DNA of 64,000 bases, from positions 2,480,001 to 2,544,000 of the forward strand of contig CM082577.2 in the NCBI GenBank assembly GCA_040954595.2, written 5' to 3'. Of the stretch, positions 61,601 through 64,000 are shown one piece after another; the first letter of the stretch is position 1, and each line of letters starts with the position of its first letter. The notes beneath the pieces are model-generated. The model saw only the letters and a list, made by a program, of their open reading frames with translations, made no database searches and had not been told where the DNA came from. This DNA comes from Balanoglossus misakiensis (taxonomy: Eukaryota; Animalia; Hemichordata). The position numbers and the translations under genes were made by a program.

Positions 61601-64000
61601 ATTTTTCCCTCTGAAGTGTTTGGTGAAAGCTCTGACCCATCTCTTGGAGCAGTCGCTTGGTATCACACTGCAGTCAGATGAAATGAAAGTGTCAATGGAT
61701 ACACTTATATAGCTGATGTACATGTACAATGCTATTGTTATGTTTTAATGTACTTAATACTAGTTTATGCGTATCTTTCAATTACACATTGGTTTCAGTG
61801 TGCCCACTAACAAACATAATTTATAAAAGCTTTGAGTCAGTTTGAGGATTTGTAAAAACTTCTCTGAGTCAGCCCTATACATTTGCATTTCGTGGATAAT
61901 TTTCTTGATCCACCAGTGAGTTGTTGAGTCCGTGGCACGTCATATGGGCGTAGAGGGCACACTGATTGGTTGGCTCCTCCCGTATATGCTTTGGAACCCT
62001 TGTTGCAGTTGGACTGATTCTGTTTCTCCGCAACTCAACCCAACTTGTTTGTTTCAGGTTGCCTTGAGTCCTGCTCCCCGTTTGCTGTGTGTGTGGACCC
62101 GGCCAACAATCCTAACTGTTCATCGTACGACGTTACACTATGTCAGACGTTGCCACCGAGATTCTACAACGGCGTTCAACCGACGTACGATCTGAAATTC
62201 GACGTGGTTGGATACGTCACGGCGACAGAGCCGAGTCATTTCACGCTGACACTCAGTGTGCCTTTAGAAATCTCAGAGAATGATGTCCTGGGTATGCAGT
62301 ATCAGAACAAACCTGTGTACTGCCCCGACACAGATGAGACGCGCTACAGTGTTTTGACTCGGACAGAGGCCACGTGGCTGTCAGTCGGAGATTCGCTCAC
62401 GAGCTTCAGCAGCTGGGTGGATAATAAAGACTGTTACCTTCACGCTATTTACGCCAAGCCATTGGATTATTTCCCAGTTAATCCCGAGTTTTCAACTCCA
62501 AATCTGTCTCCGGGTACCTTCATTTTCAGAGCAGAGGTCAGCAACCAGCACACAACTTTGCAGCAAGAATGCGAAATCCAATTCCAAAACAAGATCAGAG
62601 GGTTGACCTTCATTCATCCAGCGTTTCATCCGGAGAAAGTGTCTCAGTTATCGGTGGGCACCTACTACACGACTGCGGACACGACTATCCTCTTCGCAGT
62701 GGTCATCACGACGGGCACGGATCCGTCGTCGGAGTGGACGTTTGTCGGGCCGTCTCTGAGCGAGGAGGTGTCGCAGGTAGACTTTGCCAGTTCGTGTCCC
62801 GCCGAGCTGATTAACACAGTGCCAGAGTGCGATCCAGTAACCATGCCGTCCACACCCTCCTATGCATTCTACAATAAAACTTACAACCAAACAGGCGACT
62901 ACTATGTGAAGGTCGCCGTTCAAAATCTTATAAACACAAGGTATGTCGCCCTGGATATTGGTGTGCAGGATTACATCGAAGGCTTGACTGTCGCGAGAGC
63001 CCCCGCCCTGGCCCTTGCCGGCTACGAACAAGTCTTCACAGCGAACACAACCAAAGGCACATCGGTAACGTACAGCTGGAGTGCGGACAGTTGGCAGAGT
63101 GTGATAGCCATGGACGAGAATCCGCAACTCCGCCACACTTTCTGGGAACCGGGTAACTACACTGTTCTTGTCAATGCTTCCAACGGGCTGAACACAGAAG
63201 TCACCTCGTTGGAGATTTTCCTCCAGGGCATGGCCCCATTAGCAAATCTTTCATTTTTACCAGCGGCTACTCTCACGAGTAGCAGGACTGAAGTTCAGTT
63301 TCAAGTTCAATTTCAAGGAGACCAGTACTATAATGTGACCGTCAGCTGGAACTTTGGCGACGGTTCGTCAGTTTTTGAAGAAGTTTTAACTCCGTCCACT
63401 GGGCCAACCACAGCGTCAGCCTCTCATGTGTTCAACTCTCCCGGGAATTTCTCGTTGAATGTTACAGTCTTCAATAGGTACGACAGCATATCTACACACA
63501 TTGCAGTCGAAGTTGTTGATGCAATAACCGCAGTCGACATCAGCTCGCCAGCTGTGGTGGCCACTGACAATCGGGTCAACTTTGAAGGAATTCTGTCGGG
63601 TAGCAACTCTACTGCACTGTACAACTGGACAGTCGTAGGAGTCAACACGACTGCTTATCACAATGTCGAACACTGGCAACCGGTGTTGTGGTACACATTT
63701 ACAGAGGTCGGCACGTACCTTGTAACTTTGGAAGTTAGTAATCCTGTCAGCAACGCACAGACTTCAAAGACGGTCAAAGTTGAAGAGCCCATCACTGGCC
63801 TGAGTGTAAGTTACAGCACAGGTCCCTATCAGGTCGAAGCTGTGGTTGAAGTCACGGCTACTGTTGACTCCGGCTCGGACATTGTCTACACGTTTGACAC
63901 GGGAACTGAGGACGTGTTTGTGATGAACAGTGGGAAATTCTACTATGTTTATCTAGACACAGGCGATTTCCCGTTTCTCGTTCAAGTCAATAACAGCGTC
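37629..64000 (+). CDS. PKD1: Polycystin-1 orthologue, N-terminal part, truncated by the right edge
   Basis: Exon 37629-37855 encodes the signal peptide and LRRNT (an in-frame upstream ATG is at 37587). Six 72-nt LRR exons: 52507-52578, 53438-53509, 57530-57601, 58990-59061, 59389-59460, 59686-59757. LRRCT exon 59941-60107 (NLYLCDCNLLGLKHW). WSC plus first PKD domain 60495-61160 (YQWDFGDGS). Exon 61300/61309-61569 (ELHLQVY). Exon 62058->64000 is an open frame with a Cys-rich segment and tandem PKD repeats (RAEVSN, SSCPAELINTVPEC, SWNFGDGS). Domain order and linkers match polycystin-1. Confidence 0.92.
39012..39054 (+). mobile_element. Terminus of a TTAA-CCC (piggyBac-like) short element
   Basis: TTAACCCTTTCACCACCATGGTTTGGTCCAAATCCATTGTTTT; a related inverted copy lies at 61183-61226. 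Confidence 0.55.
43289..43380. repeat. Perfect 45-bp tandem duplication in PKD1 intron 1
   Basis: ATGAATGAAATTGATTTTTGAAAAGCATTTCAGATCCCAAATTCC occurs twice in tandem. Confidence 0.92.
47691..47886. mobile_element. MITE with GGG termini (PIF/Harbinger-like)
   Basis: TIRs GGGAGTGTGCAGAAAATACTTC / GAAGTGTTTTCTGAACACTCCC (2 mismatches). Flanks CAA / TAA are compatible with a degraded TAA TSD. Confidence 0.7.
48293..48481. mobile_element. TTAA-flanked MITE, copy 2 (Kolobok-like termini)
   Basis: Perfect 16-bp TIR AGGTATACGGTCACCT / AGGTGACCGTATACCT flanked by TTAA on both sides. Homologous to 25495-25679. Confidence 0.85.
58670..58754 (+). repeat. G-rich polypurine tract in PKD1 intron 4
   Basis: About 85 nt of almost pure G/A with multiple GGG+ runs. 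Confidence 0.8.
61183..61226 (-). mobile_element. Solo piggyBac-like terminus in PKD1 intron 9
   Basis: The reverse complement TTAACCCTTACAATCACCATGGTTTGGTCAAAATGTATTGTTTT resembles 39012-39054. Confidence 0.5.

Noticed and set aside
62648-63679. Minus-strand ORFs of up to 162 aa
   Set aside because: They are antisense to the large PKD1 exon, whose plus frame is open to the window edge.

Overview
This is AT-rich, intron-containing animal genomic DNA. It is most consistent with an invertebrate deuterostome such as a hemichordate, echinoderm or amphioxus (inference from vertebrate-like proteins and exon structures, mosaic CpG content and abundant TACATGTA). The first 25 kb hold three consecutive head-to-head gene pairs: an unidentified minus-strand gene running off the left edge with WIPI2/Atg18 (+), LUC7L3 (-) with ANKRD40 (+), and RSL1D1 (-) with NDUFA6 (+). 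A roughly 13 kb CpG-rich, apparently gene-free interval follows, then the 5' part of a polycystin-1 (PKD1) orthologue that runs off the right edge. All gene models were built by hand from splice signals and reading-frame continuity; almost all ORFs in the supplied track are spurious or exon fragments. Five observations stand out. (1) LUC7L3, a 5' splice-site selection factor, has a GC-AG intron and a 3'UTR intron with two identical CAG|GTGAGT donors 15 and 83 nt after the stop, either side of the NMD threshold, which suggests an autoregulatory switch. (2) The PKD1 has six 72-nt LRR exons and no C-type lectin module. (3) Only 79 bp separate the RSL1D1 and NDUFA6 start codons, which sit in mirror-image YY1/TISU-like motifs. 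(4) Full CRE palindromes cluster upstream of PKD1 and RFX X-boxes cluster in its first intron. (5) The left-edge gene has two alternative ATG/donor pairs. No prokaryotic-type systems, rRNA, tRNA or CRISPR arrays were seen.
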